Positions 19,296-29,350 of a stretch of DNA of 57,610 bases are shown here, piece after piece; the stretch's first letter is position 1; each line of letters begins with the position of its first letter. The stretch comes from a virus (Duplodnaviria; Caudoviricetes), in the IMG/VR virus record IMGVR_UViG_3300034103_001617, positions 1 through 57,610 of that record; one strand, given 5' to 3'. The notes below the pieces were generated by a model. The model was not told the DNA's origin and ran no database searches. It saw only the letters and a program-made list of their open reading frames with translations. A program made the translations under genes and the position numbers.

Positions 19296-20578
19296 TACCT
19301 GTAATGGTTTGGTTTATAAGGTCCGCTTGCATCAACACTGATATAAGCAGCTTGTGCTTGTGTAAGTTGCGTTAGTTTAGCACCAACATGTTCGAGATGC
19401 AACCTTGCTACCTCCTCATCTGCATGTTTTGGCAAAATATAAATTCCAATTTTGGAATAGTCCTGTGGTTTGGTCCATAATTCAATTTGGGCCAGCACTT
19501 GATTGGTAAAACTATTGCTCATTACATAACTAGGATGACCTGTGGCACAACCAAGATTTACCAATCTGCCTTTGGCCAAAACAATGATTCTGCGACCATC
19601 TGGCCAAATCACATGGTCAACCAATGGTTTGATTTCCTCCCATCGCAGATCCTGAAGCCCGGCGATATCAATCTCGCTGTCAAAGTGTCCTATGTTACAA
19701 ACAATGGCATTGTTACGCATTTTATCCATGTGCTGGCGAGTGATCACATCAATGTTGCCAGTGGCTGTAACAAAGATATCTGCCAGAGCACATGCGTCAT
19801 CCATGGTCACTACCTTGTAACCTTCCATAGCTGCCTGCAGAGCACAAATAGGATCAATTTCAGTTACCCAAACAATTGCACCCAATGCACGAAGTGCCTG
19901 TGCTGAACCTTTTCCAACATCACCATAGCCACAAACCACCGCAGTTTTTCCTGCAATCATAACGTCAGTGGCACGTTTTATACTGTCAACTAAACTTTCT
20001 CTACAGCCGTATAAGTTATCAAACTTGGATTTAGTTACACTGTCGTTGACATTGATAGCTGGCATCATCAAGGTTTGTTTTTGCACACGTTCATTCAACT
20101 TATGAATACCGGTTGTGGTTTCTTCGCTAACACCAACAATATCTGCAATCAATTCTGGTTTATGATCGTGAACATAGCCTGTGAGATCATGTCCATCATC
20201 TAACAATAGATTAGGAGTCCAACCATTTGGTCCTTGCAAAGTTTGTTCTATGCACCACCAATATTCTTCCTCGGTTTCACCTTTCCAGGCAAACACTGGA
20301 ATACCACGTGCAGCCAGTGCCGCAGCAGCATGATCTTGCGTACTAAAGATATTGCAACTACTCCAGCGTACTTCTGCTCCTAGATCAACCAAGGTTTCAA
20401 TTAAAACCGCAGTTTGTATTGTCATGTGTAAACTTCCGGTGATACGTGCTCCGGTAAGTGGTTTGCTGTGTTTGTATTTTTCTCTTACTGCCATTAATCC
20501 GGGCATCTCGGTTTCAGCAATGGCTATCTCACGTCGACCCCAATCAGCCAAACTGATGTCTGCTATTTTGTAATCCAT
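19292..20578 (-). CDS. ahcY: S-adenosyl-L-homocysteine hydrolase
   Basis: [48 protein letters not shown]-terminus. Confidence 0.97.
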   Translation of the reverse strand: MDYKIADISLADWGRREIAIAETEMPGLMAVREKYKHSKPLTGARITGSLHMTIQTAVLIETLVDLGAEVRWSSCNIFSTQDHAAAALAARGIPVFAWKGETEEEYWWCIEQTLQGPNGWTPNLLLDDGHDLTGYVHDHKPELIADIVGVSEETTTGIHKLNERVQKQTLMMPAINVNDSVTKSKFDNLYGCRESLVDSIKRATDVMIAGKTAVVCGYGDVGKGSAQALRALGAIVWVTEIDPICALQAAMEGYKVVTMDDACALADIFVTATGNIDVITRQHMDKMRNNAIVCNIGHFDSEIDIAGLQDLRWEEIKPLVDHVIWPDGRRIIVLAKGRLVNLGCATGHPSYVMSNSFTNQVLAQIELWTKPQDYSKIGIYILPKHADEEVARLHLEHVGAKLTQLTQAQAAYISVDASGPYKPNHYRY

Positions 20579-20586
20579 AATTTCCT

Positions 20587-20826
20587 TTATTTTCTATATT
20601 CACGTTTTGGATAACGTGGTGGTTCTTTGTAAAGATATGCCTTGCCGACTTTGCCTTGTTCTATTTCGCTGAAAGCTGACGTCAACATGGTTTTGGCTGG
20701 TACTAGTGACGCATGCCCGGCTTTGAGTTCCCGCATGCGTTGACTAAGAATAAGCACTGTTTCAAAAATATTGCCTATTTGTTGTACAGCCGCTGCACTG
20801 CATAATGGTGTGGTATTTTCTGTCAT
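20587..20826 (-). CDS. rpoZ: RNA polymerase omega subunit-like protein
   Basis: [25 protein letters not shown]...[10 protein letters not shown] matches the RpoZ pattern (AVEKIGNRFDLVL..ARRARQ...ALREIEEG). Confidence 0.72.
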   Translation of the reverse strand: MTENTTPLCSAAAVQQIGNIFETVLILSQRMRELKAGHASLVPAKTMLTSAFSEIEQGKVGKAYLYKEPPRYPKREYRK

Positions 20827-20874
20827 TGCATATTTACGTAAAAAAATATTTAACAGATTCTTTGCCCCTGGCAA

Positions 20875-21270
20875 TTATCGTGTTAATACACCAAGTTGAC
20901 GGTAGCCACGCACAGTGGGATGCACGCCGTCTTTGCTGACTTCGGGTATAGTGACAAACACATCACCAAATTCACGTGCAATTTTTTTCACAATACTTTG
21001 TTTGGCAGGCTTGTTAGCCGGAACGATCCAGTACACTGCACCGCTTTTGACTCTTGTACGCAGTGCCACTAACTCAACTTCGGTATTAAGACGATCATAG
21101 TCGTTGCTACCAAGACTGATGATTGTGGTACCTGCGGGTTTTACCTGCCGGCTGTACGTATCATTCCAGTCACGACTTGTAATACCCGTCTGTGCCAGAG
21201 TCACACATTCTGGCCTGTGCATAGCGATGCCGCGGGCAATGCTGTCGCCCAAGATCAGGCACTCAATCAA
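20875..21270 (-). CDS. SGNH/GDSL hydrolase-fold protein
   Basis: LGDSIA, LGSND, DGVHP. Confidence 0.8.
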   Translation of the reverse strand: MIECLILGDSIARGIAMHRPECVTLAQTGITSRDWNDTYSRQVKPAGTTIISLGSNDYDRLNTEVELVALRTRVKSGAVYWIVPANKPAKQSIVKKIAREFGDVFVTIPEVSKDGVHPTVRGYRQLGVLTR

Positions 21271-21857
21271 TGTGTCACTCGATCAAAGTCTGCCAACAGG
21301 CTCTGCACAGTGCCGTCAAATACCCGAGCACTGTGAGTGTATTCCACATGGTCCACCCCTAGTGTCAATGCAGCCTGATTTTGTTGCAACGAGCGGATCA
21401 TGTCTGGGGTAAATTCAAAACGCAAGAAATGCACCGCTGAGGTTTTGGTATCTGTGCTGCGATCAAGATCTTCGTCAGCAATGGCATACACAGGGTCATG
21501 GCCTTCCACTCGTGCATACACACGATCTTCCACGCCGTGCAAACGTGTGAGAGCAGCGGCTCGCAGCGCAGGATCACTGTACTCAATGGTCATAGTGGCC
21601 TTGAGATTGGTGCCTGTGGGAATCAGCGGATTGTACGCATCTAACTCGTCTTGAATTCCCTGTTGATTGAATGTGCGTTCAATCAACAACATTTCTTGAA
21701 TCTGATACTGCACAGTGTTGCGATCTTCAAAATGCATGGTCATGTTTTGCCCCAGTTTGATCTGTCTACGACGACGATGTTCCACTGCTTTGCGTTTGTA
21801 GTCTGAACGCATCACACTGTATGTTTCTAATGAATGTAGGTCTTGAGGTGTTAGCAT
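21267..21857 (-). CDS. DUF3501 family protein
   Basis: QYQIQEML.IER, ELDAYNPLIP, KTSAVHFLRF; typical neighbour of rubrerythrin. Confidence 0.85.
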   Translation of the reverse strand: MLTPQDLHSLETYSVMRSDYKRKAVEHRRRRQIKLGQNMTMHFEDRNTVQYQIQEMLLIERTFNQQGIQDELDAYNPLIPTGTNLKATMTIEYSDPALRAAALTRLHGVEDRVYARVEGHDPVYAIADEDLDRSTDTKTSAVHFLRFEFTPDMIRSLQQNQAALTLGVDHVEYTHSARVFDGTVQSLLADFDRVTH

Positions 21858-21898
21858 TTGTTGTCTCCTTACAGGGGCAATGCCCCCGCACTGTGTTG

Positions 21899-22333
21899 TT
21901 AGGCGCTCTCTGCGCGATATGCATCAAGGGTTTTCTTAAACTTACCTGCATGGCTACGCTCGGCCTTGGCCAAGGTATCAAACCAGTCGGCAATTTCGTC
22001 AAAACCTTCATCACGAGCATCACGTGCCATGCCTGGGTACATGTCTGTGTATTCGTGTGTTTCGCCATGGATAGCACTCTCTAATGCCTGCTCAATGTCA
22101 CCTGCTGGCAGGCCGGTTTCTGGGTCGCCTGAACCACCTGCAATTAGGTATTCCATGTGACCATGTGCATGGCCAGTTTCACCTTCTGCGGTGTGACGGA
22201 AAATACTTGCTACTTCAGGCGCACCAGCAATATCAGCCATGTTCGCGAAATACAAATAACGACGATTGGCTTTTGATTCACCTGCAAATGCATCCTTGAG
22301 ATGCTGTTCTGTTTTGGTTCCTGTTACGTTCAT
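21899..22333 (-). CDS. Rubrerythrin (short aerobic type)
   Basis: [39 protein letters not shown] di-iron motifs. Confidence 0.93.
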   Translation of the reverse strand: MNVTGTKTEQHLKDAFAGESKANRRYLYFANMADIAGAPEVASIFRHTAEGETGHAHGHMEYLIAGGSGDPETGLPAGDIEQALESAIHGETHEYTDMYPGMARDARDEGFDEIADWFDTLAKAERSHAGKFKKTLDAYRAESA

Positions 22334-22368
22334 CTGGGTCTCCTTAAAAAGTTTTGCGATGCAATACT

Positions 22369-22458
22369 ATTATATAGCATCATAGTCGCTATTGTCAACA
22401 CAGATTTAGTAGATTTTGCCTAAATATTTTTTTATGAAGTCAATAGGTTTTTCTTATT
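22369..22458 (-). promoter_or_regulatory. Rubrerythrin promoter with upstream OxyR/LysR-like site
   Basis: TTGACA-18-TATAAT; upstream ATAA-N7-CTAT-N7-ATAA. Confidence 0.5.
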
Positions 22459-22636
22459 ATTTTTTACGATAACTAGAGCACATCATTTCAAATTCTTGTT
22501 GTTTTGATTGCATCTGCCCGTATGAAGCTTTGGGGTTTCTTTGTCTGTATTCTTCCTTTTGACGCTCTAGGCATAGATCATATTCACTGCTGCATGCCTG
22601 TAACAGTAACATAGATAGAACTACAATGTATCGCAT
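22457..22636 (-). CDS. Small lipoprotein (59 aa)
   Basis: Translated by hand: MRYIVVLSMLLLQACSS...; lipobox LQAC; AGGAG RBS. Confidence 0.65.
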   Translation of the reverse strand: MRYIVVLSMLLLQACSSEYDLCLERQKEEYRQRNPKASYGQMQSKQQEFEMMCSSYRKK

Positions 22637-22674
22637 CTTTGTCTCCTAAAACTGTATTTACATTATAACCCAAT

Positions 22675-22694
22675 AAAAAAGCCCCGTCAGGGGC
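22675..22694 (-). terminator. Intrinsic terminator ending the phosphoesterase/GT operon
   Basis: GCCCC-tgac-GGGGCTTTTTT. Confidence 0.7.
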
Positions 22695-22737
22695 AACCGG
22701 TTACGAGTTCCGGTGACGCTCTATCATTGCGCCCGTT

Positions 22738-23463
22738 TCAACTCCAATATCGTTGATGACTCATTTGATTCCAGTATGCAGGATTGTTGCGATTCACAAA
22801 GTTTTTTACTAGATATCCAGCCATGCCAAAGTAACCCATTTTTTTAAATCTACGATTGTCTTGACCAAAGTAGTGATTGAGAATCTGAAATTTTTTTGGA
22901 TCATACTGCCTTGATAGGAAAAAATCTTCGCTGGTAATGTAGTGTTCATCAAAGCCGCCCAGATTTTCAAATACAGTTCTGCGAGTCAGCATGAAAGCAC
23001 CCACAGCAAATGGACTAAATCTGCTCAACACTGAGTTCACAGCATTGAACATGCTGAATCCAAGTTCAGCTCGCCAGTCATCAGCATAGCAGTATATCTT
23101 GGCAGTGACTAGATCAAGATCCTGCGTTTCCATGGCCCCCACTGCGTCACGGATCACCCAATTGTCATGGAACAGTACATCGGCATCGAGAAACAAGATA
23201 TAGGGAGTAGTTGCCTTGGCAGCTCCAATGTTTCGTGCTTGCGACACAGTTCCACCATTCACGATTTCAATATTGAGAAATTGACTGTTTGCAGCTATCA
23301 TTGTTCGGGTGTTGTCCGTGGAACTGTCTGCAATTATAATTTTTGTGTCGCTGATCTTTTGTGCTCTTAAGCCTGTGAGCATATGACCAATATAACTTTG
23401 TTCATTTTTACAGGGCACAACTATGGTAAGTTTTTCACTGAGTGGAATCATTTTTGTATGCAT
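22738..23463 (-). CDS. Glycosyltransferase family 2
   Basis: IVVPCKNE, ADSSTD, ARNIGA, FLDAD, GGFDE, SEDF. Confidence 0.9.
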   Translation of the reverse strand: MHTKMIPLSEKLTIVVPCKNEQSYIGHMLTGLRAQKISDTKIIIADSSTDNTRTMIAANSQFLNIEIVNGGTVSQARNIGAAKATTPYILFLDADVLFHDNWVIRDAVGAMETQDLDLVTAKIYCYADDWRAELGFSMFNAVNSVLSRFSPFAVGAFMLTRRTVFENLGGFDEHYITSEDFFLSRQYDPKKFQILNHYFGQDNRRFKKMGYFGMAGYLVKNFVNRNNPAYWNQMSHQRYWS

Positions 23464-23538
23464 TTGCCTTCAATTCTAAATGAATCAAACTTTGTCCAGT
23501 ACTGCATGGTCTGTCGGCTTTGCTCGCAAGTGGCTTGG

Positions 23539-24369
23539 TCAGGAAATTGCAGCGTCACTCGAGCTGGCACGTCTCGCGGATCGTTTATGTGAACTGCTAT
23601 CAATATCATCAACCACATCATCCTTCTCCCGGGTCCATGTCACAATATTCCAACTACCGTCGTGATTTTCAACAAGAGCCGTTAAACTTTCTACCCAATC
23701 GCCGTCATTCATGTATACGACACCATTTATTTCTTTTATTTCTGCATGATGTATGTGTCCACAAATTACACCATCAAAGCCACGCTTCTTGCAGTAGCTA
23801 GCTAAATTTTGTTCAAATTGAAAAATAAAATCAACAGCCCGCTTTACCCTGTGCTTAAGGAAACGGCTAAGACTAAAATAACCAATACCAATTCTATGTA
23901 GGAACCAATTAAATCTATTATTAACTGATAAGATGAAATCATATGCTCTATCTCCTAAAAAACTCAACCACGGTGCCAATCTAGTAATACCATCAAACAA
24001 GTCACCGTGTATGACCAAATATCTTTTACCATCGGCACCCACATGCTCGTATTGGTTGTGCATTTCTACCATGCCAAAGTGTAAGTTATATTGTAGGAAT
24101 GGTCTGAAAAATTCATCATGATTACCTAAAACATAAATGACCTTGGTATCTCGTTTGGCATGTCCCAGTATTCTTCTTATCACATTGGTATGACTCTGCT
24201 TCCATCGCCACTTGTTTTGTTTGATTTTCCATCCATCAATTATGTCGCCCACTAGGTAAAGATATTCGCAGGTGTGATGTTTTAAAAAATTATTCAAGGC
24301 GTCGGCCTTGCAGTCTTTGGTTCCAAGATGCACATCACTGATAAAGATACTGCGATAGTCTCTAGGCAT
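23539..24369 (-). CDS. PlcP/LpxH-like metallophosphoesterase (UDP-2,3-diacylglucosamine diphosphatase family)
   Basis: FISDVHLG, LVGDIIDGW, LGNHD, HGDLFD, CGHIHHAE, NDGDWVES; start placed at MPRDY. Confidence 0.88.
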   Translation of the reverse strand: MPRDYRSIFISDVHLGTKDCKADALNNFLKHHTCEYLYLVGDIIDGWKIKQNKWRWKQSHTNVIRRILGHAKRDTKVIYVLGNHDEFFRPFLQYNLHFGMVEMHNQYEHVGADGKRYLVIHGDLFDGITRLAPWLSFLGDRAYDFILSVNNRFNWFLHRIGIGYFSLSRFLKHRVKRAVDFIFQFEQNLASYCKKRGFDGVICGHIHHAEIKEINGVVYMNDGDWVESLTALVENHDGSWNIVTWTREKDDVVDDIDSSSHKRSARRASSSDAAIS

Positions 24370-24391
24370 AACTTTATTTAAGATAATCCAT

Positions 24392-24409
24392 GTTACCGTT
24401 TTGTTACAA
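24392..24409 (-). promoter_or_regulatory. Pho-box-like direct repeat
   Basis: TTGTAAC-AAAA-CGGTAAC, 11-bp period, followed after 9 nt by CTTAAATA. Confidence 0.6.
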
Positions 24410-24414
24410 GCCAT

Positions 24415-24444
24415 AAAAAAAGGCACCGCAGTGCCTTTTTTTTT
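24415..24444. terminator. Bidirectional intrinsic terminator after porin gene
   Basis: AAAAAAAGGCAC-cgca-GTGCCTTTTTTTTT. Confidence 0.8.
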
Positions 24445-24456
24445 AGTGAGTGCGAC

Positions 24457-25863
24457 TTAGAAACTCAGCTGACTTCTAAACATCACTGCACGATCACCGT
24501 TCACGCGACTACCTGAACTACCTACTAGAGCATCAAACTTGGTATCAACATAGTTTAGCATGAATCTGAGGTTGTCGTTTACGAACCATGTCAATCCGTA
24601 TGTCATAGCAACCGCACGATTTGTTTTACCTGCTGCGACGGTGATATCGCTTGCGTCAAACTCACTTGCACGAACGCCTACTTGCCATGCACCACTGCCA
24701 CCTTTGCCTACTGGATTGTTTGGTTTGATCCAGTTGAACACACCATCTTTGTAAGCATGATTTTCGCCTGTTAAATTATAAAGTGCTTGTACATAGTAAC
24801 CTCGGATTTTTTGATCATTACCTGTGGTAGGATCATATGTGAAATCAAAATATTCGCCTTGTACTTTTGCACCCTTGAACGCCACGGCTGCTTCAAGACC
24901 TGCACGAGTTCTTTCGGTAGAACCACTCAAAGCAGGACCAACAAACCAACTGCTCTGTGTTCTTGCTTCAGTGCGACCACTTGAAGGAGTTACTCCACCT
25001 TTGATTGTGCCTATGCTGTAAGCTGCACCCAAGTGAGCGATAACATCTTTATTGCCTGCTAGTTCAGCCAAGTTAGTGGTGACACGACCAATGTAATCAA
25101 AGTTATCATTGACTGCATCTTTGTTACCACGACCACGGCTAACTGCTAATTGATAAGTTAGACCTGACACAGGAACACCATGCAACATAAAGCCAGTTTC
25201 TTTTGCAGGAATCAATTCACTATCATTCTGCCCAATCAAACTACGCTCCATGAAATCCAAATTATTAGAGCTAGTCATTTGTTCAAGACTGAATGGCATC
25301 TTAAACAAACCGAACTGAAACTGTGCTTCGGGATTGGCTGCATAGTTTACCCACATCTCGTCCATTGTGCTTGATGTTGATGAAGCACCTACATCGTTAC
25401 CAAAGTTAGCCAGTAACTGATATTTGAAATCTTTGTTGAACTGACCGCGCACACCAAATCTAGCACGACGAACTTCTGCTAGGTTCTGATACGAATCTGT
25501 GGTTTGACCGACACCGTAATCTGGTGTGAAGTGTCGATAGTCCATATGTAATCGACCTGTAAACTGGGCAGTGGTGTTTCCATCTTTGCTTTTGAGTCCG
25601 AGTCCGTTTTCTGTGACTGCACCGTCGTTGGCTCTAGCTTGTCTGTATTTGACTGAATCACTGACATCCTTGTCAATTCTTTGTTCTGCGAACTTTTTGT
25701 TTTCCGCTTTTTCTTCGTAGGCTTTGACTTTGGCATCATATTCTTTTTGTGTCAATACACCTTTATCTCGCAAGATATTTAGGGTATCAACATACTCATC
25801 TGCATAAGCCGATGTTGCAAAAACCAAAGACATGGCCAATGCAATTTTTGTAAATGTTTTCAT
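24457..25863 (-). CDS. Phosphate-selective porin, OprO/OprP family
   Basis: Signal peptide, RRARFG, KMPFSLE...SSNNLDFMERS, C-terminal Phe; downstream of pstS. Confidence 0.88.
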   Translation of the reverse strand: MKTFTKIALAMSLVFATSAYADEYVDTLNILRDKGVLTQKEYDAKVKAYEEKAENKKFAEQRIDKDVSDSVKYRQARANDGAVTENGLGLKSKDGNTTAQFTGRLHMDYRHFTPDYGVGQTTDSYQNLAEVRRARFGVRGQFNKDFKYQLLANFGNDVGASSTSSTMDEMWVNYAANPEAQFQFGLFKMPFSLEQMTSSNNLDFMERSLIGQNDSELIPAKETGFMLHGVPVSGLTYQLAVSRGRGNKDAVNDNFDYIGRVTTNLAELAGNKDVIAHLGAAYSIGTIKGGVTPSSGRTEARTQSSWFVGPALSGSTERTRAGLEAAVAFKGAKVQGEYFDFTYDPTTGNDQKIRGYYVQALYNLTGENHAYKDGVFNWIKPNNPVGKGGSGAWQVGVRASEFDASDITVAAGKTNRAVAMTYGLTWFVNDNLRFMLNYVDTKFDALVGSSGSRVNGDRAVMFRSQLSF

Positions 25864-25924
25864 TTGTTGTCCTTATAAAAAACCGCTAACACTTTATAAG
25901 AAATGTTAACGGTTGTCAAGTTGA

Positions 25925-26947
25925 TTACTTCCAGATTGGGTTGTTGTCTGGACCACGGAAATCCTTCTTCCAGTTTTCCTGCACTAACTTGATTACATCG
26001 GCTGGCATGTGAACATACTCTAGTTCTGTTGACATTTGACCGCCATTCTTGTAACTCCAGTCAAAGAATTTGAGAACCGCACGACCTGTCAATGCGTCTG
26101 CCTGTTGTTTATGCATCAGAATAAAACTTGCACCTGTTGCTGGCCAAGCATCCTTGCCTGTCTGCCATGTGAGTAACAAATACATACCAGGAGCATTTGC
26201 CCAATCTGCATTGGCTGTTGCTGCTTTGAATGTGCTGTCATCAGGTGACACAAAGTTACCATCACGATTTTTTAGTGATGCATAAGGAATCTTGTTTCTT
26301 TTGGCATAGGCATACTCAACATAACCAAAGGCACCTTTGATACGCTGCACTTGAGCTGCAACACCTTCGTTACCTTTACCGCCTACACCGGTTGGCCACT
26401 TCACTGCTGAGCCTTCGCCCACAGTCTTTTGGAAGTCTGCGTTGGCTTTGCTTAGGAAGTTGGTCCAAATAAATGTAGTACCAGAACCATCGGCACGATG
26501 AACAACTGTAATGTTAATGGCAGGAAGAGTAACTCCTGGATTTAGTTCTGCGATTGCCTTGTCATTCCACTTGGTAATCTTGCCTAGATGGATATTAGCA
26601 ATTACATCTGGGGTGAGTCGTAATTGACCTTGTGCTACACCGTCAAGATTGAACACAGGCACAACACCACCAATGATTGCTGGGAATTGAACAAGACCTT
26701 CTTTGTCTAGTTCTTCTTTCTTGAGTGGCATATCACTTGCGCCAAAGTCAACTGTCTTGGCCTTGATTTGACGAATACCGCCGCCCGATCCAATTGATTG
26801 ATAGTTTAGACCAATACCAGTTTGAGCTTTATAGGCTTCGGCCCACTTGGCATAGATTGGAAACGGGAACGTTGCTCCTGCTCCGGTAAATTCTGCTGAC
26901 CAGGCAAAGTTAGATACCAAAGTCAACAATAAAAGTAATTTTTTCAT
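25925..26947 (-). CDS. pstS: Phosphate ABC transporter substrate-binding protein
   Basis: GAGATFP, YQSIGSGGG, DFGASD, HRADGSGTT, GKGNEGV. Confidence 0.97.
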   Translation of the reverse strand: MKKLLLLLTLVSNFAWSAEFTGAGATFPFPIYAKWAEAYKAQTGIGLNYQSIGSGGGIRQIKAKTVDFGASDMPLKKEELDKEGLVQFPAIIGGVVPVFNLDGVAQGQLRLTPDVIANIHLGKITKWNDKAIAELNPGVTLPAINITVVHRADGSGTTFIWTNFLSKANADFQKTVGEGSAVKWPTGVGGKGNEGVAAQVQRIKGAFGYVEYAYAKRNKIPYASLKNRDGNFVSPDDSTFKAATANADWANAPGMYLLLTWQTGKDAWPATGASFILMHKQQADALTGRAVLKFFDWSYKNGGQMSTELEYVHMPADVIKLVQENWKKDFRGPDNNPIWK

Positions 26948-27003
26948 AATTTGTCCTTAAGGTTAGCAGTATTGCGCTGCAAAAATTATTTAAGTCTGCA
27001 TAT

Positions 27004-27021
27004 GTTACAGTTCAGTTACAT
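27004..27021 (-). promoter_or_regulatory. Pho-box-like direct repeat upstream of pstS
   Basis: ATGTAAC-TGAA-CTGTAAC, 11-bp period, followed after 9 nt by CTTAAATA. Confidence 0.65.
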
Positions 27022-27048
27022 TTGCGGTTTAATTGAAACTTTTTTTGC

Positions 27049-27294
27049 CTATTTGTTTTTTGCTGAAATACTGCTGTTGGGTGTGTCTTGTGATTGCTCT
27101 GGAGTGATAAACTTGGGAGTAGTTGAAGCTGTTCCATTGAACAAAGTAAAACTATCAACTGTGAATACTCTTACTGGTTTCCAATATTTGTGAATTAGAT
27201 TATTGATCACACATAGTCCGGCAACAATTATTACAAAACCTAAAATAATCAAAACTGAACCTGCTAAAAACACTGCTGCTTGATCTATGTTCAT
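27049..27294 (-). CDS. Small membrane protein
   Basis: N-terminal hydrophobic helix; HKYWKPV. Confidence 0.6.
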   Translation of the reverse strand: MNIDQAAVFLAGSVLIILGFVIIVAGLCVINNLIHKYWKPVRVFTVDSFTLFNGTASTTPKFITPEQSQDTPNSSISAKNK

Positions 27295-27321
27295 GCTATA
27301 CCTTGAAAGTTGAATGGAAAA

Positions 27322-27346
27322 TGTTGGTGGGACTAGCCCACCAACA
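27322..27346 (-). terminator. Hairpin after dnaK
   Basis: TGTTGGTGGG/CCCACCAACA inverted repeat followed by TTTT on minus strand. Confidence 0.65.
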
Positions 27347-27348
27347 CA

Positions 27349-29229
27349 TTATGCTGCCTTTGCTTCTTCTACGTCAATCACTGTGTCATCGTCGACATCT
27401 GATTTTGTTTGTTCTGCTTCGGCTTTTTTGGCAAAAATTGGAGCGAACACCTGATAAAGATCACTTACAGATTTGTTTATTGCCTCAGCATCGTCTTGCT
27501 TGATGACATCCTGTAACGTGGTCATTGCCTGTTCAATTTTTGTTTTTTCCTCGTCGGAGATTTGATCACTGTAAGCATCAAAGTCTTTTTTCACGCTATG
27601 ATACACACCTTCTGCACTGTTTCTAGCTTGAATCAATTCAATGGCTTTTTTGTCAGCCTCGGCATTTTCTTCGGCCTCTTGAACCATGCGTTGAATTTCT
27701 TCTTCCTTTAAGCCACTGTCACTCTTAATGGTAATTTTATTTTCTTTACCTGTGCCTTTGTCCTTGGCAGCAATGTGCATGATACCGTTTGCATCAATAT
27801 CAAAAGTTACTTCAATCTGTGGAACTCCACGTGGTGCAGGAGCGATACCATCTAAATTGAATTCACCCAGTGCCTTGTTGTAGTTAAACAGTTCACGTTC
27901 GCCTTGACCTACTTTGATAGTCACAGCAGGTTGATTGTCTTCGGCTGTGCTGAAGGTCTGACTTGCCTTGGTAGGAATGGTGGTGTTCTTTTGAATTAAC
28001 TTAGTAAACACACCGCCCATGGTTTCAATGCCCAGGCTTAATGGAGTGACGTCTAATAACAAAACATCTTTACGATCACCAACCAACACACTGCCTTGGA
28101 CAGCGGCACCCACTGCCACAGCCTCATCAGGATTTACATCGCGACGTGGAGCTCGACCAAACAGTTTTTCAACTTCTTCTTGTACCTTGGGCATGCGTGT
28201 TTGCCCGCCCACAAGAATAACTTCATCAATGTCCGCAGCAGAGACGCCTGCATCTTTCATTGCTGTTTTACAAGGTGCGATACTGCGTTGAATCAAATCT
28301 TCAACCAGTGTTTCAAGTTTTGCTCTTGACAGTTTGACATTGAGATGTTTTGGACCAGTGGCATCGGCTGTGATGTATGGTAAGTTTACATCAGTTTGTG
28401 TGCTGCTGCTCAACTCAATCTTGGCACGTTCTGCGGCGTCTTTTAATCTCTGCAGAGCCAGCATGTCTTTGGTTAGGTCAACACCGGTGTCTTTCTTGAA
28501 TTCACTTACCAAGTGATCCATGATACGCTGATCAAAGTCTTCACCACCAAGGAATGTGTCACCGTTAGTTGACAGCACTTCAATTTGCTTATCGCCGTCA
28601 ATATGTGCAATCTCAATAATGCTGACGTCGAATGTACCGCCACCTAGGTCGTATACCGCAACCTTGCGATCTCGTTTGTCTGCTTTGTCAACACCATAGG
28701 CCAACGCTGCTGCTGTAGGCTCATTGATAATACGCAACACTTCCAACCCTGCAATACGACCCGCATCTTTAGTAGCCTGACGTTGGCTATCATTGAAGTA
28801 GGCTGGCACTGTGATCACAGCCTGTGTTACTTCATGACCAAGATGATCCTCTGCTGTTTTTTTCATCTTACGTAAAATTTCAGCAGACACCTGCGGTGGC
28901 GCGAGTTTTTTATCGTTGGCCTCTACCCATGCATCGCCATTGGAATTTTCTACGATACTAAAGGGCATCAAGTCAATGTCTTTTTGTACAGCATCTTCTT
29001 TGAACTTACGGCCAATCAAACGCTTTACTGCATACAAAGTATTTTTTGGATTTGTTACTGCTTGGCGTTTTGCAGTTGCTCCTACTAAGATCTCTTCGTT
29101 GGTGTAGGCCACAATACTAGGTGTAGTACGTGCGCCTTCGCTGTTTTCAATTACTCTGGGAGTTCCGTTTTCGACCACTGCTACGCAGCTATTGGTGGTA
29201 CCAAGATCGATACCAATGACTTTACTCAT
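27349..29229 (-). CDS. dnaK: Chaperone DnaK (Hsp70)
   Basis: [35 protein letters not shown]. Confidence 0.98.
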   Translation of the reverse strand: MSKVIGIDLGTTNSCVAVVENGTPRVIENSEGARTTPSIVAYTNEEILVGATAKRQAVTNPKNTLYAVKRLIGRKFKEDAVQKDIDLMPFSIVENSNGDAWVEANDKKLAPPQVSAEILRKMKKTAEDHLGHEVTQAVITVPAYFNDSQRQATKDAGRIAGLEVLRIINEPTAAALAYGVDKADKRDRKVAVYDLGGGTFDVSIIEIAHIDGDKQIEVLSTNGDTFLGGEDFDQRIMDHLVSEFKKDTGVDLTKDMLALQRLKDAAERAKIELSSSTQTDVNLPYITADATGPKHLNVKLSRAKLETLVEDLIQRSIAPCKTAMKDAGVSAADIDEVILVGGQTRMPKVQEEVEKLFGRAPRRDVNPDEAVAVGAAVQGSVLVGDRKDVLLLDVTPLSLGIETMGGVFTKLIQKNTTIPTKASQTFSTAEDNQPAVTIKVGQGERELFNYNKALGEFNLDGIAPAPRGVPQIEVTFDIDANGIMHIAAKDKGTGKENKITIKSDSGLKEEEIQRMVQEAEENAEADKKAIELIQARNSAEGVYHSVKKDFDAYSDQISDEEKTKIEQAMTTLQDVIKQDDAEAINKSVSDLYQVFAPIFAKKAEAEQTKSDVDDDTVIDVEEAKAA

Positions 29230-29350
29230 GCTGTTTCTCCTTTATTAAGCAAGATAAAAATGTGTTACCCACGATGTGGCATAGCACAAAAATTATTTAT
29301 TTAGATTTTACGCTGGTTTTCAACAATTTGCAACTTTTTTGAGCCTGCTG

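Noticed and set aside
20579-20600. SAH or SAM riboswitch upstream of ahcY
   Set aside because: ahcY directly follows the rpoZ-like ORF with only an RBS between them.
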